A DNA stretch of 64,000 nt, taken from NCBI GenBank assembly GCA_965202585.1, contig OZ241834.1, positions 31,806,001-31,870,000 on the forward strand, read 5' to 3'. The position numbers and the translations under genes are program-made. Below the pieces are notes generated by a model. That model worked only from the letters and a program-made list of their open reading frames with translations, was not told the origin of the DNA and made no database searches. The stretch's first letter is position 1. The number at the start of each line of letters is the position of its first letter. Source of the DNA: Thalia democratica. Its lineage: Eukaryota. Shown here piece by piece: positions 62,700 to 64,000 of this stretch.

Positions 62700-62736
62700 T
62701 ATTTCTGATGAGCCTTGCTACGAAAGTACTAAAATA
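62700..62736 (+). ncRNA. Minimal type I hammerhead ribozyme motif (PLE tail)
   Basis: tattt-CTGATGA-G ccttgcta C-GAAA-GTAC-TA-aaata: intact core, 5-bp stem I, palindromic AGTACT stem III. Confidence 0.7.
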
Positions 62737-62784
62737 CATTTATAGAAAATGATATGTATTCTGTTATATTTTTTAAATAAGTTA

Positions 62785-63350
62785 TGCACTGGAAAAAAGC
62801 TGTTCAGAGGTTTTTATATTTTGCAACCTTTGAATTTTCAGCTGAAAACCGTTTTAAATTTAGGAAATATCACGAAAACACTTGGTGAAAAGTTTGAGAT
62901 GATTTTAAAAACGGATGAAACAGCTAAATAAATTTTTCTTAAAAAACCCCTACAAATCACATGGGACCTTAAAAATTCTGCCTTTTAGTTTTTGATCGAA
63001 AATGTTTCCAGATTTAGCAATTATCACAAAAACACATTCTACGCATTTTACATTTCAAGACGATTTGAAGAAAGTTTTCATAAATGCTTTTTTTTACTTC
63101 CTCTACTTTTTTGTCATTTTCCGTTAATTTCATTTTTTTTTGTAAAATCAAGAAGCGCCTCCTAGAAACTTTCTTTAAACCGTTTTAAAACGCGTAGCAT
63201 GTTTTTTTGTGATAATTGACACATATAGAAAAATTTTCAGCCAAAAACGTGTAGGTCGATTTTTTATGGTCTTACAAAATTTGCAATTGGGTTGTATCAG
63301 AGAAATTGATTTAGTACCCATGTCCGCTTGTGATAACCATCTTAACTGTT
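62785..63350. mobile_element. MITE, same family as 47.3-47.9 kb
   Basis: gggaccttaaaaatt at ~62962; internal sequence is a diverged reverse complement of 47460-47720. Confidence 0.6.
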
Positions 63351-64000
63351 TCTCAGGAGTGTTTTTAATACATTTATTTTAAAATGTGAACTTATTTCCA
63401 GTTAAAAATTCAAAGGTTACTTTTTTTATATAAGCTCCCTAATGAATACGTGCAAGTATAAAAGTAAACCTCGAACTTAACAAAAACAACATATAAATGA
63501 ATATCATTTGTTTACTAAAATTAAACCAAAATTTTTATATAGTTTTTGTTTGTTTATATGTATAACAAATAGTATTTATAAACATCAATGTCTATTGAAA
63601 ACTTTTGCTAATTAAAAACAATTACTAAACCATCAAACTTACTCATTATAAAGAAAGATATATTTAAAAAAAACTAAAAACTTTGCAAAGAAAACTAATT
63701 TTCAAACACATTTTGTTAAATACTTATGTCTATTTTTTCTTAAATTAATTAAGTATAAACTACTTTGATGCTGCAAACTTTTTTAAACAAAAACTAATTT
63801 TACAACTTATTATAGCGTTTCACTGCTTCAAAACCGTAACTAACTTATTATAATAAATAAAATATATTAAGTCACTGTGACAATGATAAACTTTACCAAA
63901 ACAGTTAATACAAATTAAAAAACAGCATTTAATACTATTACAATTGTTTTTTACATAAGGCTTGTCTTAATTTACTTTGATATTTGTCACGTTAACTAAA

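Larger units (their letters stand above)
60648..62780 (-). mobile_element. Penelope-like retroelement (RT + GIY-YIG), 5'-truncated and decayed, with an inverted copy of its 3' end
   Basis: Minus-strand RT motifs GVAMGSPLGPILAN and YLRYVDDTF; GIY-YIG remnants SNIIYKF..CGSDYVGK..IDQHVP..SAIGQHL..LHILEALCIQSLRPSLCKQK; frameshifts and stops; arms 60648-~61300 and ~62125-62780 are reverse complements. Confidence 0.92.

Overview
AT-rich animal genomic DNA with strongly GC-rich exons. The donor-site usage and intron style suggest an invertebrate, possibly a tunicate, but this is inference only. The window is dominated by one minus-strand gene, a CBP/p300 (CREBBP/EP300-family, KAT3) lysine acetyltransferase. 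I assembled it by hand into 33 phase-consistent GT-AG coding exons from 43551 (ATG) to 16598 (TGA), 6216 nt or about 2071 aa, with TAZ1, KIX, bromo, RING, PHD, HAT, ZZ and TAZ2 domains; I could not recognise an NCBD. Two extra frame-preserving exon candidates lie in the introns that split TAZ1 (93 nt) and KIX (60 nt), and the KIX intron also holds a promoter-like TCGCGA-rich island. Seven splice junctions have degenerate local copies in the neighbouring intron. The flanks hold a decayed Penelope-like retroelement with ~600-bp inverted arms, three separate families of minimal hammerhead ribozyme motifs (one in a retrozyme-like array), several MITE families, a hairpin-rich interspersed repeat and a minisatellite. 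I could not support any rRNA, tRNA or CRISPR array.
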